64,000 nucleotides of DNA from an uncultured virus (IMG/VR IMGVR_UViG_3300034104_001787). Taxonomy: Duplodnaviria > Heunggongvirae > Uroviricota > Caudoviricetes. This document shows positions 31,376 to 44,900 of this stretch, piece after piece. The first letter of the stretch is position 1; the number at the start of each line of letters is the position of its first letter. The position numbers were made by a program, and so were the translations under genes. The notes below the pieces were generated by a model. That model worked only from the letters and a program-made list of their open reading frames with translations, ran no database searches and was not told the origin of the DNA. The stretch is taken from IMG/VR virus record IMGVR_UViG_3300034104_001787; one strand, 5' to 3'.

Positions 31376-34300
31376 ATAAAAAACAAACTCCCGCGGAAGT
31401 AGCAACTACCATTGCTAACTACATCCGTAAGCAGGAAGAAGTTTTGTCTAAATACCCATCAGGGCCGATGGCTAATACTGCCCGTAAGAATTTAGAAAAA
31501 GCACAACGGGCTATGGATGCTTTGATCCAAGCTAACGAAGGGATGCGTATGCAACAGGAGCAAGCTATGGCTCCGCAGATGGATCCTATGATGGCTGCTC
31601 AGATGGCACAACAAATGCAAGCACAAGCGATGCCTGTAGGTAATCCTCCTATGATGCGCAAGGGAGGTAAAGTAGAAAATTTACTATCTGGATTAAGCCA
31701 GATGTCTGCTACACAGCCTGCTTCTATGTACCCAATGCAGATGGCAGCTATGTACCAGAATATGCCAAGCCAAAACCAACTTTTGGATTTCGCCTTAGCC
31801 CGTTACAACCAGCGTCAATTAAATTCAATTAATCCAAGCACTATTGGAACTAACCCATATGTATTGCAAGACTACAATAATGCAATGCAGTATGGCATGA
31901 TGCCCTTACAATACAACCCGCCAGCACCTACCCCTATGGCAGGTTATATGTATGGAGGATACACCCCGGATCAAAGCGGTAAAAAAAAAAAGTTCGCACC
32001 GGGGGGTCCAATAAATGACGCGACGTTAGGATTGGATTTAGAAGCGCCTACATCTAATCCTGTATTAACTTCATACGCAGACCCTAAAAATGCGAAAGAG
32101 CGTAAAGAAAACGCTGCCCGCATGTATATGGCGTTAGTTGCTGCAGGCCATCCTTTTCCTGAAGTAGGATTATCTCAGTATATACAAGAAAATGGTTGGA
32201 AAATTAAAGGAGATTACGACGACTATTTTGGTATAAAGTATAATGAAAGAGATGCAGCAAGATTTACTGAGTTAGGAATCCCATTTCAAAGAGTTTATTC
32301 TAAAACGGATGAGGAAGAAAACGGACAACTACAACAAACTACAGATGATTTCTTTTTCTTCCCGAGTCCTGAGGTAGGTGCCCGCGCATATACGAATTTT
32401 TTACAAAATAATTCTAATTATGCCAGCGCATTACAAAATGCAAAAACACCTCAAGAGTTTATAACAGGTATAGCAGGTAGTTACGCTACAGGATCACGGT
32501 ATGCGGATTCTGTATTAAACGTAATGACCAAAAGCTTTGACATAAACCCAACTGCTGCACGAGGTACTGCAAATGTTGGAAATTTAGGCAAGTATCTTCC
32601 ATCTAATTATACAGCAGGTCAACCAAGCGCTGGAGCAACATATGGCCAATCAAGTGCTAATGCGTCTAATCAAGCTACCGCGCCAATATTACCTCAATCT
32701 GGCACGGGTCGTCCTGAGACACAGGCAAATGCACAAGCGGTTGCAAGTGGATTAACTCAGTTTGCTCCAATTTTAAGTTTTAGAGGACAAGCTATTACTG
32801 GTCCAATACAGAAGAAGGGAAACTATGTATATGCTCCTAATGCACAGGGAGGTTATAATGTTGTAGATGTAGGATTTTACAATAAAAACAGTTCTAAATC
32901 TTTAGAGCAACAATTCCAAGAATTGCCAGCAAGTGTTAATAAAGCATTTGCTGTACCCGCTGCAGAGGCACAATCTTGGGTGTCTAATCCCAAGCCTACC
33001 GACTTTACATATAATCATAAACGAGACCATTTAACAACAACCAGAGAAGCTGTTGGAGTAGTATTAACAAATCCGTTAGGAGGAACTGGCATTGATGTAG
33101 GTAATACTCCAACTTATATTGATCAAACGGTTGCAACGGCTGGATTTAGAAATACGGGGGAGGCATTAGTAAGCTTATTTACAAATCCTGTAGCTACTTG
33201 GGGAAGACTAACTGCTGCATCAAATCAAGTTGTACAAGCTCCCGGCACTATTCAAACATCAAAAGGTAAGGGTACTCAAGGTTTTACAGCTTATGATGAA
33301 TTTTTAGCTCGTGAAACTGGAAAGACTCCATCTGCTTCTACAACTCCGGAAGGTTCACGGTTACGATCCGAGAGTTTAATTTATAATATGTTAGGTCTTC
33401 CTGTTCCTGTTACTGGAGCAGGAGCGGCTGGTGCGGCAGCAGTGAGTGCAAGACCAAGTACAGCATTAGCTTTAACACAAGGACCAGCTTCCACCGCTTT
33501 AGCTCGTTCCACACAAGCAGTACAGACTGCTCCTAATTGGATTAATTATGCTGACGATGCAGCAGGTAGGGCAGGTGTATTAAACTTGGGATTTGGACCA
33601 TTAAATCCTGCATATGCCGCTCAAGTAGCAAATGCATCTTTAGCAGGCCAAAGAGCTATGGCAGGAGTTGCTGCTGTTACAAATCAATACACTCCACGGC
33701 TCGTTCCTTCAGTAGAAGTAAATCAAGCCACTTCCCCTGTAATTCCGGGGTTGGAAGAAGATGCATACATCTACCAATCGGGTACTGATACTGGAGAGGG
33801 GGCGCTTCAGGTTCCGGTTCCTCCGGGCTTCACTGTTTATAATCCTCCTGCAATAACTCCGGGAACTCCTAAGCCTTCTCCACAATTAAATATTGAAGAA
33901 GTCCAAGGAGATACGATTAATGTTCCAAAAGTATCTTGGTTGCAAGCTATACCTGCTTTAGCATCTATGGCAAGTGCGCGTATAGCTCGTAATGCATTAG
34001 CTGATTTACAGGCTCCTCAGGCTCCTCGTACGACTATGGTTCCACAGTTTGAATATGAGAGCAATATTGGACAGGCTTTGCAAGATGTCCGTAACGCTAC
34101 TATAGCTCAATCACGGAATACTATGTTGAGTTCGGGTCAGGCTGCTGCATTGCGTCAAGGGATGTTGGCAGAACGATTCAACCAAGAGGCAAGACTACGT
34201 AGCGCCGACCAACAACAAAGACAGCAAGCACAGCAATCTTATCAGGCTTTAGCTACGAACGTAAGGATAGCAAATGATAACTTGCGTAACGAGTATATTA

Positions 34301-34491
34301 AAGACTCTGTAGCTTTTGCGAATGAACGTAAAATGATGGATGCTAACTTACGTATTGCTCCTTTAAATACTCTAAGTGCATCAGTAAGCGATTACCTAAA
34401 GAATATCTACCAGCCGGGCTTAGCGAATGCATTGTATGCCGCTAATCGTCCGTATGAAACCGAATACACTACCGAAACAACTGCTGAATAA
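31372..34491 (+). CDS. Virion cargo/ejection protein with second GH73 domain
   Basis: SQYIQENGW...YFGIK...YTNFL...YATGSRYA at about 32150-32525; helical C-terminus. Confidence 0.7.
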   Translation: MNKKQTPAEVATTIANYIRKQEEVLSKYPSGPMANTARKNLEKAQRAMDALIQANEGMRMQQEQAMAPQMDPMMAAQMAQQMQAQAMPVGNPPMMRKGGKVENLLSGLSQMSATQPASMYPMQMAAMYQNMPSQNQLLDFALARYNQRQLNSINPSTIGTNPYVLQDYNNAMQYGMMPLQYNPPAPTPMAGYMYGGYTPDQSGKKKKFAPGGPINDATLGLDLEAPTSNPVLTSYADPKNAKERKENAARMYMALVAAGHPFPEVGLSQYIQENGWKIKGDYDDYFGIKYNERDAARFTELGIPFQRVYSKTDEEENGQLQQTTDDFFFFPSPEVGARAYTNFLQNNSNYASALQNAKTPQEFITGIAGSYATGSRYADSVLNVMTKSFDINPTAARGTANVGNLGKYLPSNYTAGQPSAGATYGQSSANASNQATAPILPQSGTGRPETQANAQAVASGLTQFAPILSFRGQAITGPIQKKGNYVYAPNAQGGYNVVDVGFYNKNSSKSLEQQFQELPASVNKAFAVPAAEAQSWVSNPKPTDFTYNHKRDHLTTTREAVGVVLTNPLGGTGIDVGNTPTYIDQTVATAGFRNTGEALVSLFTNPVATWGRLTAASNQVVQAPGTIQTSKGKGTQGFTAYDEFLARETGKTPSASTTPEGSRLRSESLIYNMLGLPVPVTGAGAAGAAAVSARPSTALALTQGPASTALARSTQAVQTAPNWINYADDAAGRAGVLNLGFGPLNPAYAAQVANASLAGQRAMAGVAAVTNQYTPRLVPSVEVNQATSPVIPGLEEDAYIYQSGTDTGEGALQVPVPPGFTVYNPPAITPGTPKPSPQLNIEEVQGDTINVPKVSWLQAIPALASMASARIARNALADLQAPQAPRTTMVPQFEYESNIGQALQDVRNATIAQSRNTMLSSGQAAALRQGMLAERFNQEARLRSADQQQRQQAQQSYQALATNVRIANDNLRNEYIKDSVAFANERKMMDANLRIAPLNTLSASVSDYLKNIYQPGLANALYAANRPYETEYTTETTAE

Positions 34492-34492
34492 A

Positions 34493-35962
34493 ATGGCGAG
34501 TAAGTATATACCCGGAGATTTTGCATTAGCTGAATACCAGCCCACTATGGTTGGTATTCCTACCGCTGCTGTAAAAGATTATTATGATCGTATGGATAGG
34601 CAGTTTTATACTGCCCAAGAAGAAGCAGGAAAACTCCAAACGGTTTTAGCTACACAATTGGCAAACTCCGCAGAGGGAGATAAAAGTTATGTTCAAGGTT
34701 ATTTTGACCAAGTGAAATCTCTTATTGATGATGCCAGCGAAAAGAAGGACTTTCAAAATAGAGTTCTTCAAATTAGAAATGTAGCTCGTAGTGTTATAGG
34801 AGATCCCGATTATCAAACTGTAGTTACAAATGGTAAGTTGGTTAGTGAGATAAAAGAGAAGGAGCGTCAGCTTGCTATGATGCACGGCGCAGAGAATGTA
34901 GTTTACTCTGGGCACGATCCGTATACATTTACCAGCTTTGATGAGGAAGGAAAGGCGAGACAATTTCTGGGTGGCCCTACAAGACGGCCTGACTACGATA
35001 AGGCTATGCTTGACTTGTTTGAGCGCAATACAGAGGTTACAGCTAATATTGGTGCCTTACAAGAGTTTTTAGGATCGGGTGCTGGATTAACTGCATATCA
35101 GAATACTCCTGAAGGACGTGTGCAGATTAACGACTTGTCTAAACAAATGTTTGGTCAGCCCTTTATTGAGTTGGGCGGAGAAGATCAGATGGGTGTGTTA
35201 CAGACAATGCAAGACCAGCTTCTCAATGCTGGACGTAGGAAGATAGCAGAACGTAATGCGGGTAGGGCGCAACAGCTTTCTCCGGATATGAAGAAGCTTA
35301 TAGAAACTGAACCAGTAGTAGCAACTCTGCCTGCTATTACAGATGGTACCGAAGCTGCAGATAGAATTCATACAGTTATTGATGATAGAATTAGTAATAG
35401 CTTGATTGATGATCAGTTTAATCTTTGGGCAAATAATCAATCTGGGTTAATAGATTATCAAGGTAATTTAATAAATGGATTTAAAACTACAGATAGAAGT
35501 CACGGAGGAACAGTTGCTAAAAATGTTAAAACATCTCTTACTACAGGATTTGATCCTAAAACAGGAGAACCTCTTATTCAGATAAATTATCAGCAAAATG
35601 GTGTGGACGGTGATTTTACTGCACTTGTTCCTATTGGAAATATAAGTCAGCAACTTGGTGAAGGTGCTTTAGGGGGAGTAATCCTGCAGTTACAGAATAG
35701 CAAGAATAGCGAAACAAGAGCACAAGCACCATATTTGGCATCAGCTTGGATGGATGTTGAGTTTAATAAACTTTTGATTGGAACGGTTCCCACATATAAA
35801 AATAATATACTTGGTATCGAAGTAAAATCAGAAAACGGTAAATTTGGAATGTACGATTTACAAGGGAAGCCATTTACTTTAAATGGTAAAAAGCTTACTG
35901 GACTTGACGAACAAACAGTACGCTTCCTCGTTGGTACTCAATATATTAAAAATAATTTCTGA
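34493..35962 (+). CDS. Putative virion cargo/ejection protein
   Basis: Start reassigned to MASKY at 34493; YQPTMVGIP N-terminus; directly upstream of the vRNAP gene. Confidence 0.55.
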   Translation: MASKYIPGDFALAEYQPTMVGIPTAAVKDYYDRMDRQFYTAQEEAGKLQTVLATQLANSAEGDKSYVQGYFDQVKSLIDDASEKKDFQNRVLQIRNVARSVIGDPDYQTVVTNGKLVSEIKEKERQLAMMHGAENVVYSGHDPYTFTSFDEEGKARQFLGGPTRRPDYDKAMLDLFERNTEVTANIGALQEFLGSGAGLTAYQNTPEGRVQINDLSKQMFGQPFIELGGEDQMGVLQTMQDQLLNAGRRKIAERNAGRAQQLSPDMKKLIETEPVVATLPAITDGTEAADRIHTVIDDRISNSLIDDQFNLWANNQSGLIDYQGNLINGFKTTDRSHGGTVAKNVKTSLTTGFDPKTGEPLIQINYQQNGVDGDFTALVPIGNISQQLGEGALGGVILQLQNSKNSETRAQAPYLASAWMDVEFNKLLIGTVPTYKNNILGIEVKSENGKFGMYDLQGKPFTLNGKKLTGLDEQTVRFLVGTQYIKNNF

Positions 35963-38900
35963 TGTTTGAAGACGACGAAGTAGGTGCTCCCGACCTTTCT
36001 CCTCTTGGAGATGCGACTCCAGAGGAAATAAATCAAGCACTATCTGGACAACCTACTCCGGTTAAACCTTCTAATACCAACTCTACAGAGTTGGATTTAG
36101 GAGTATACAATACCAACGTATATAATGCTGGTAAAAACAAACTTGGTTTATACACAGGTTACAATAACCGCCCAGAGGATATTGATAAATATCAAACAAC
36201 TGGATGGGATATTGGCTGGTTGAGTTTGGGAGGTACCCAAGGTGTAGCTGAAAACTTTAGCTATGAGAGTCCCTTCCAAGCAAATAAAGCAGCTGCTGCA
36301 AGCCAAACCTATTTAGACCAAATCACTAATGCTGGGGCCAAGTTCATACTCAATACGGGTATCAACGCAGCACAGGGCATTGGTATGTTTTACGGTGCAG
36401 GAGAAGCTTTAGTTACAGGCGACCTGTCTGCCATATATGATAATAGCTTATCTAACTCTTTAGATAAGGTAACTGAAGCTACTGAAGAGCGTTTTCAATT
36501 ACGGGATAAGGAAACTGCGCTTAGCGATGGTATGCGTCTTACTGATGATGTTCTTAAAGGATTATCATTTATCTCTGGGGCAATTGTATCTGAAGCCGCA
36601 CTTACTGCATTAAGTACAGCTACGTTAGGTGCTGCTGCTCCTGTACAAGCCGCAGCTACTGCAGGTATTGCTGCTCGTGGTGCAAAGCTTTTAAAGTCTA
36701 TTGCTACAGGCGGGCAAAAGATAATATCGGGTAATGTAGTCGATGATGCTGTAAGGGGAGCGGCTTTGGGTGCTACTACTACAGCTACTCAGGCGGCAAC
36801 TGCATTGACACAAGCTGCAGGTCAAGTAAATAGAGCGCGTGCTATTAATACGGTTGGTCGGATAAGCCGTCAGTTGCTTACGGGTGCTGGTATGGAGGCA
36901 GGTATGGAAGCACGTACCGTACAGGCTACAGCTATTGCAGACCGTAAGGCTCAGCACGAGATGATGTATGGCCCCGGATCCTTTACTCCTGAGATGGAGC
37001 AGCAGTTCAAAGAGGAGAATGGGCAGGTCTTTGATGCTGTATTTGGAACTAACCTTGCGTTGGTAGGTATTGGTAACGCCTTACTTATTCCTCGTGTGTT
37101 TGGTGTGGGCCTAAATACGGGTATGAAGACGATGCGTACGGTATCGAAATCCTCGTTGACGGATTCCCAATTAAATCGTGCATCGCAGTTCTTAAATAAA
37201 ACTGTAGCTGACTTGCCGGAGTATATACCTCTGAATGTGGTTAGTCCGGGACGTAGGGCACTTGCTGCATCTAAATACCTCCGTAGTCCTCTGTATGAAG
37301 GATTTGTGGAAGAGGGAGGTCAAGGTGTTATCTCTCGTACAGCGGAGGACTATATCGCTGATAAGTATGATGCTCAAGGAAATATCCAAGCTGCTTCTCT
37401 GTACGATTCTTTCCAAAACGGTTTACAGCAAACCTATTCGTCTGCTGATGGCCTGAAAGAAATTGGTATGGGTCTTCTTATTGGTACTCTTGGCTTGCCT
37501 TCCTTTATGGTTGGTGGCAAGTTCACCTCCAAATACATCGGCGACCCTGACTCTGTAACCTTTGATATCGGAGGCAAGAAGATACCATATAAGGCATACG
37601 GTGGTATTGCAGGTATCAAAGCTGAGCAGGTAGAAAATGATGATCGTATTCGGCGTGTAATGGGCCTTATGGAGAAGGATCCCGGTACGCTGGAGATACT
37701 TCGTGCTGAATCTGATAACGTCCGTAGACAAGCGGTCTTGTCGAAGCAGATGTCAGGTGCAGTAGACAGAGAAGATTTTAAAGAGGCAAAGGACATTGAA
37801 GGCGATATGCTCTTTAGCCACGCATCTTCAAAGATTGTAACTGGAAGATATGATATGGCTGTGGAAGAGGCAGAAGCTATCTTCCGTGATATGTCTGTAG
37901 AGGACTACAGAGATTTCTTAGGTCAAGATGCAGCTTTACTTTCTGATGAGGAAGTGCGCCGTCGTAAAGAGGATACTATCCGTTCTTACACGGAGAATAT
38001 GGCTCGTGTAAAGGATGCATATGCTGAAGCTTCTAAGATTTACCGTGGAGAAGATCCTGAAGTCCACACAGGTATCGCTAAGCTTATCTATGACGTTAAG
38101 AACCGCGATGCTCGTGAGAAGTCTATTGCAGACGGACTTGCGAATAAGTTAAAGGATATTAACGGTAATCAAATTTTGGATGGATTAAAACTTCAGCAGG
38201 AGTTTGACATATCCATCGACAAGGTTGATGAGTTAACTCGTATCAACCAGAAGATCAAGAATATAAATAAGCAGTTAGAGACAAAGCAAGCGCGTCGTAT
38301 CATCAAGAATGTGGATGAGGCAAAAGCGGCAAAGCGTGATGCTGAACTCAACAAACTTGCTGAAGAATTAGAGGCATTAGAGAATCGCAAGACTCTGATC
38401 TATAATGCCCTCAACAAGTTTGCACCTAAAGTAGATGCTATAGATGTCAATGCAGAGTATACTTATGATACTAATGAGTTTACTCGGCGGTTAGATACTC
38501 TGCTTGAGATGAATGACTTGCTCATTCGTTTAGGCAACACAAATACCCGTGCTGACTACGATGATATTCGCAAACAGTTTGCGGATTTAAGCCGTATCGT
38601 TAATGATCGTATGGCTTTGGTAGATGCCTACAACTCTCTGCTTGAGCCGGGTGGATATGATAAGTTCATTGCTTCGATGCGTTCTTCTATTGAAAAGAAG
38701 ATCACCCCGAACACTAATGAAAGGGCTGAAGCATTAAAGGATGAATACCAGCAGAAGGAAGCTAACGAGGAAATCTTACGGGATACTACTCCACCACAAG
38801 ATTTAGCCGAAGAAGTTCCTGCTGAATCAGGTGTAGTGGTTGAAGATATATATGACTTCGATACCCCAGATGTGGTGCTTGATGAGGAGGGGGAAGTTGT

Positions 38901-41900
38901 AGATGTAGCTGTTCCTGAGCAGGATGACATTATGGATATCATCTACGACGAGGAGTTGTCGGATACAGATGTTTTCATCCCTGAAGACGCAGATGCTATT
39001 GATTCGGTATATACTGAAGATGCACCTGAAACTTTAAGTCCACAAGAACCTACAGAAACTCAAATAGGTGGGGTTGCATTAGTTCCCCAACCTGAGAATC
39101 TTGTTATAGACAATAGTTCTCCTACTAAGGTAAATTTAAGTTTTAGCCTTACAAATGCCACAACTGGAGAATTAAAACGGGACTATCCGGTAGATGTTCT
39201 TAAAGGCTTTAATGGAAAGGTGCTTGAGTTGCGCTATATACCAGCCAATGGTAGCACTCTATTAAATGAGGCTTATGGTATTTTCTATAATGGGCAGTTA
39301 GTTACTTTACAGAATCCGGAATGGGCAGAAGCAAATCTCAAATCTGACCAGATAACAGCACTTCGTAATGGATATAAGCTTGGTATCGAAGTATCAGATA
39401 CCCAGTTTATGGTGAATAAAGCAAAGACTGCACTTTCTGTGCGGGATGCTTTAGGATATGCTGGAGAGTTAGACCTTACAGCTAATATTGGATACCAGAG
39501 GAAGAATGGCTTAGTATGGAGAAATGGTATTCAACCCGGCAATTTAGAGGATCTCCAAAAATCATCGGGTGTTCGTGTAATTGCACTAAAGGAACAGCAT
39601 ACTCCCAAAGGTCAGGTTACAGCACGTCCAGTAACTGCTCGTCTTAAAGGAAATAAGGTTGAGATAACTACAGTACAAAGTATGGTCGCAATGTTCCATA
39701 CAGCGGCTATATTTTTAGGGCAATACACGCCAGAATCTGTTGGCATGTCTCAAGGCGCATATGAGGCAAACTTGGCTATGCTTCGGAGTATGCCACAGTT
39801 TAATACTAACGGTAATGCGTTTGATCAGGATGCGGGAGCTATTGCAGATGGATTAAAGGCAGTATTTAAGATTTATATCGGCAATGTTGACTTTGCTGTT
39901 GATCAGTGGGCTAAGTATAAAACTGCAGCAAAAATAGCTAATACTGAACAAAAGAAAGATTTAGCTCAACAGCCTCCATTATTTGCTGTAAATGTAACAA
40001 AGGGAAAACTTGTTCTTAAAACACTTGCTAAAGACAAGACGGTAGATACAAACTTCCCAGATTACTTCTCACAAGATCAAGATCCATTAGCAAGTTGGAA
40101 GTTGAATGCAATTCGGCTGGCTATGACTCAGCTGCCGTATGACTTAACAAACCAGAATTTAAAAGCTGATTTTATTCCAAACTTTTCGGTTGATTCTGAT
40201 GGCAAGATAAATAGGGAGTTAGATACGTCTTTTGATGACTTCGTAGCAGATAACTTTACTACCGATGTATATGCTCCTGTCTACACCGATCCGGCAACTG
40301 GGAAAGATACCAGAACCTCTGTATTACCTTCTGGTGTTACTGGTCGCATTGTTAATCGGATACCGACTGCGGATGATGTAAGGCCGACAGAAGAAGTAGC
40401 TCCTAAACCAGTATCAGAAGCAGCACCAGTATTCGATGATACTGTAATCGATTACTTGGACGATTTTGATTTAACGGAGTTGCAGTCAATCAAATCTCCA
40501 GAACAAGTTTCTGAAGAGGATCTTACTCAAGATATTCAATCTATGTACTTGGTGGAGAATCTTTCACCAAGAGAAGTTAATGACGCAGTAAATATCTTAA
40601 CTGGAAGTATTGTAACTGAGCTGATAAATACAGGTTACAATAAAGGTGCAAAGGCAAAGCTGCAAGGCAATGAACTGGTAGCTAATGTGCGTGCTATGCT
40701 TCAGCGGCATATGGCAAGCACACAGGCGATGCTGGATAATCCGAATATCAGCCCTAAGCAAAAGGCAAACTTCCGGGTTATTATGGATAGTATGACTCGT
40801 CTTATGGAGGTTAATACCTTCAATAAGGTGATGCGTATTGCTATGATGGAGGTAGTGCAGAATACTGCGGGTATTATCTCTATTACCGATAAGACATTCA
40901 ACGATGTCTACGATAAGCTCTCTGCTGAATTAGAGCAGGGCATAGCGAACGAAGACGATCTTCAGAATAGCGACAATCCTACTGCTGTATTTGACGATAA
41001 CTACGCCTTTTCCATACTCCCACATCAAGCCACTCTCCCACAGCTGAAGATGGCTTTGATGACTGTAAAAAATGTGGAGATTAAAAGAGACACGTTTACG
41101 GCATTTGGCTTGTTGAAGTATGCTAACTACAAGTCCCTTACCCAAGATTTAGCTACTAACCTGCTTGGTGTGGATTACACCTATCCCGCTGTAATCTCCC
41201 GTCTTAAATCCCAATCCAAGCGGCGACCCATCTTCAAGAGTGTAATAGATCTCTTAGAAGGAACTAACGTAGATATGACAAAGACCGATGTAAAGGATAG
41301 CGTAAAGCAAATCCAGCATCAGTTCGTCGTATTTGCAGCAAAAGATCCAAGCGTATTTATCTCTGCTAAGATTGATACGAAGCGTCCTGATGAAGATGCA
41401 GTAGATACTACACCTCGTAATCCGTTTAGGCAGTTCAGTTCCAATGAGCGTAATATGTCTCAGTTCTTACTGGGAACTATTGCATCACGCTTATATGAAA
41501 CGGGGTTGTACAAGTATACTCCCGGTGTAGGTATGACTATTAACCTGCAAAAGGTACAAGCCCTTTCTAAGGACTTAGATGACGCTTTTGCAAGTGTGAC
41601 TACTAAAGGGGCCGCTGCTATACCGGAACGCGCTGTAGCTATCTCTAAAGTCCTCAGCAAGTACTTTAAGGTGGATGTGTCTCCTTCTGTATTTGACGCA
41701 GAGGTGATGCGTGGAGGATTTGCAGATCTCTTGGTTGCCGATAGCCAAAACAGTTCGTTCGGTGTATTCCGTAACTATCTCAAGACGCTCATATTCGAGA
41801 AGAACTCGAACGACACACGTCTTTGGACTAACGCTAAGAATACCGAAGCTGCTGAGTTCCGTAAGCTGGTTAGGATGATTGGAAGTGTATCTGCTTCTAC

Positions 41901-44900
41901 TATCCAAAACAGCAGTAAGGATGGGTCAGGCAAGGTGCGTTCCCATATCAGTAACCCTAAGATGGTTACTCGTATGACTAACCTGTTTATGCGGGAAGAA
42001 GAGATAGGGCGCGAAAGAGATAACTGGTTGTTACAGAACGTGTTAAATCCGAGTGGAGATCCGGATTTCAAGAAGGGTTTTAGTATTGACTATGTAGATG
42101 GTATTGGTCAGTTAGATAGCAATAAGGAGTTGCGCGACTTCCACAAGATGCGCGACATAGACCGTAAGGTTGCACGCTTCACCTTCTTCTTAAACAACAA
42201 TACGTATGTGACGACAGCACAGGGAAGCCATCCGATGATTCGGTTGATGCTGCCTACGTTGTCGGATAAGAAGACGATGCCTCTTATCAATGTTCCTATG
42301 ATTAAGGAGCATTACCCGCAGATTACCTCAGACATCAACGACAGGCCAGTCGACACCTACCGCATCACCGACTTCTATAATGAAGCGGCAATAGACAATA
42401 TCTACGAGAAGTATGTAGCAAGTATTGTCGAGAAGGAGCGTTTACGGATACTGGCTATCCGTACCAATGCTACCAACAGCTTGGAAGCTATGTCTGAGCA
42501 ACAGCGTAAGGCCGATATGTTCATCTACTTCCCAGAGATGAATAATATCCTTGCTAAAAATCCAGTCCCTACATACGACGAGGCGCATAAGGCAGCTAAG
42601 GAAGCTTTTAGAAAGCAGTTGAATGCCGATCTGCAAGCCAACATCAAGAAGTTAGACGGGCACTTCTATACGCTGCGTACAGTAAAGGGTAAGGGCGTTC
42701 GTATCACACAACCCAAAATCATCAACCTCAACGAGAAGTCGGTACTTGCTCGTTTAGGTAAGAAGAATATACCTGCAGGATTTACACAAGCGGGTATCTC
42801 TGCTTTGATTGCTTCTATGTCGTTACATACTACGGTATATAACGGATTGGTGTTTGATACCTACCTCGGCGATTTAGGCCAGTTCTTTAAGAAGGATCTT
42901 CAGGGAACGAAGGTTAACGTAGGTAAGCGTCTGGCAGCTATGATTGCTCCGGGTACTGCTATCCCCGTCACCGTACTTCCTGATGGCACGTCAAACGAGT
43001 TTATCAATTACTTGCCTCTGACGGACTTCCACTTCTCTTCCAGCTATAAGGACTACTACAAGAGTTTAGGTCTTAGTGAAGCGGAGTTGGCCGCTTACGA
43101 TTTGGACTCTACAGATGCTGCTGAGTTTGTGATGCCACAAGAACATCTTGGTGTTCTCTATGCCCAAGGCCGCATTACAGCAAAAGAGTATTCTGATGTT
43201 ATGGATAGCATCAAAAGAAAGCGACCTCTGACCTCTGACCAGAAAGCATATTTCCAACCTATGAAGCCTGTTACGGCAGGTGTAAATAACGGGAAGATGC
43301 TGTATGTAAAGAGTGCACAGATTCCTCTTGTCCCAGATGCTATCAACGGAACAGAGTTACAGAAGTTGTATGACTTTGGATTAAAGAATAATATCCAACG
43401 ATTCCCCTTCAAGACGGCTGTAAAGATTGGATTGGAGAACGGGTCGGTAGATGCGTTTAATGCTGATGGTACGATTAACGTAGAGCAGTTGGAGGCTGGT
43501 ATAGGATTAGGTGCGCCTATAGGGGCTACGGTAGCTTCTAAGATGATTGTAGGCTCACGTCGGAATATGCTTATCCAGCAAGAGGTTCCTGTCTCTAAAA
43601 CCAACGAGAAGACGCACGGATCGCAGACGGCAAAGCTGTTCTTGGTTAACCTCTTAAATGAAGGTGGCTTTACTCTCCCCGGTAGCGACGTAACCTATAC
43701 TGGTCAGGAGTTATTTGATCAATACCTTAATGCAAGGAAAGAGGAGTTAGACCTCAAGTTGCAGAAGTTCGCTGATTCGTATGGCTTCAACTATAAGGAA
43801 GGCCAGCTGCGACACACGGAGGCATCGAAAAAAGCGTTTGCTAAGCGTATCCAGAAGGAAGCTATAGAGCGTGGGTATGACTTAAATGAAATCGCCCATC
43901 TCCGTATCGATGACAATGGCAACTTCATTACCCCGCTTTGGGCAAGTGCAAGTCAGGAACGCATCAACAGCTTAGTGCTAAGTATCTATCGTTCAGAGAT
44001 TTACGATAGTTTGATGGAAGGATTTTCTGGGCCGGTTGTTCCTGCCGCAGGTATCAAAGAGTTAGATATAAAGGATGTAAATAAAGAGGACTACAACAAT
44101 ATCGTCTGGACAACGGATGCAAATGGCAATCGGTTGTTTGATGGTAATAGTTTGAAGAGCGCAAAAATTGAAGGAAATACCTTCCAGCCAGACCAAATCC
44201 TTTTGCCTTGGAAGTTTAAGGGTATGGTTGATGATTATGTCATTGAGAAGGATGGGCGGAAGATTCTGGATATAACTCGTATCCCGAAAGAACTTCTGCA
44301 AGTATTCTCTTACCGTATCCCCTCACAGAAGAAAGCAAGTAGTGCAAGCTTGGAGATTGTCGGGTTCTTGCCTAAGAGTATGGGAGATACCATCATACCA
44401 CCTTCTGAATTGGTAGGTCGGTTTGGTCAGGACTTTGACATTGACAAGATGTTTGGCTTTATGTATGCCCATAAAGAAATTACTTCTAAAGATGGGGTAA
44501 AGTCCATTGAGATTGTACGCGGTGGAGATAAGGTAGACGATAAGATCTCGGCATCACGTAACCGTATGCTGGATATCTACCATTCTACTATGCGTAATCC
44601 AAATAAGGCAGTACAGCGTGCTATCGTGTCTCCTGTGACTGATGGCTATGGTACTGAACTTGGAAATATGATTGAAGAGTCTACGGGTAGTTCTATGAAG
44701 AATGCATCGTTGCTTACGATGTCTTACAATGACTACAAAGCAGATCTTGCTCGTACAGCTAAGTCAGCTATCGGCGTATTTGCTTCTGCTAACGTATTGC
44801 ACTCACAGATACAGTCAGCTTTAAAAGGGAAGAAGTTCTATTTGTTTGAGTCAGATACTTTCTTTGAGATAGGTGAGGATCCTACATCTCGTTCAATCCG

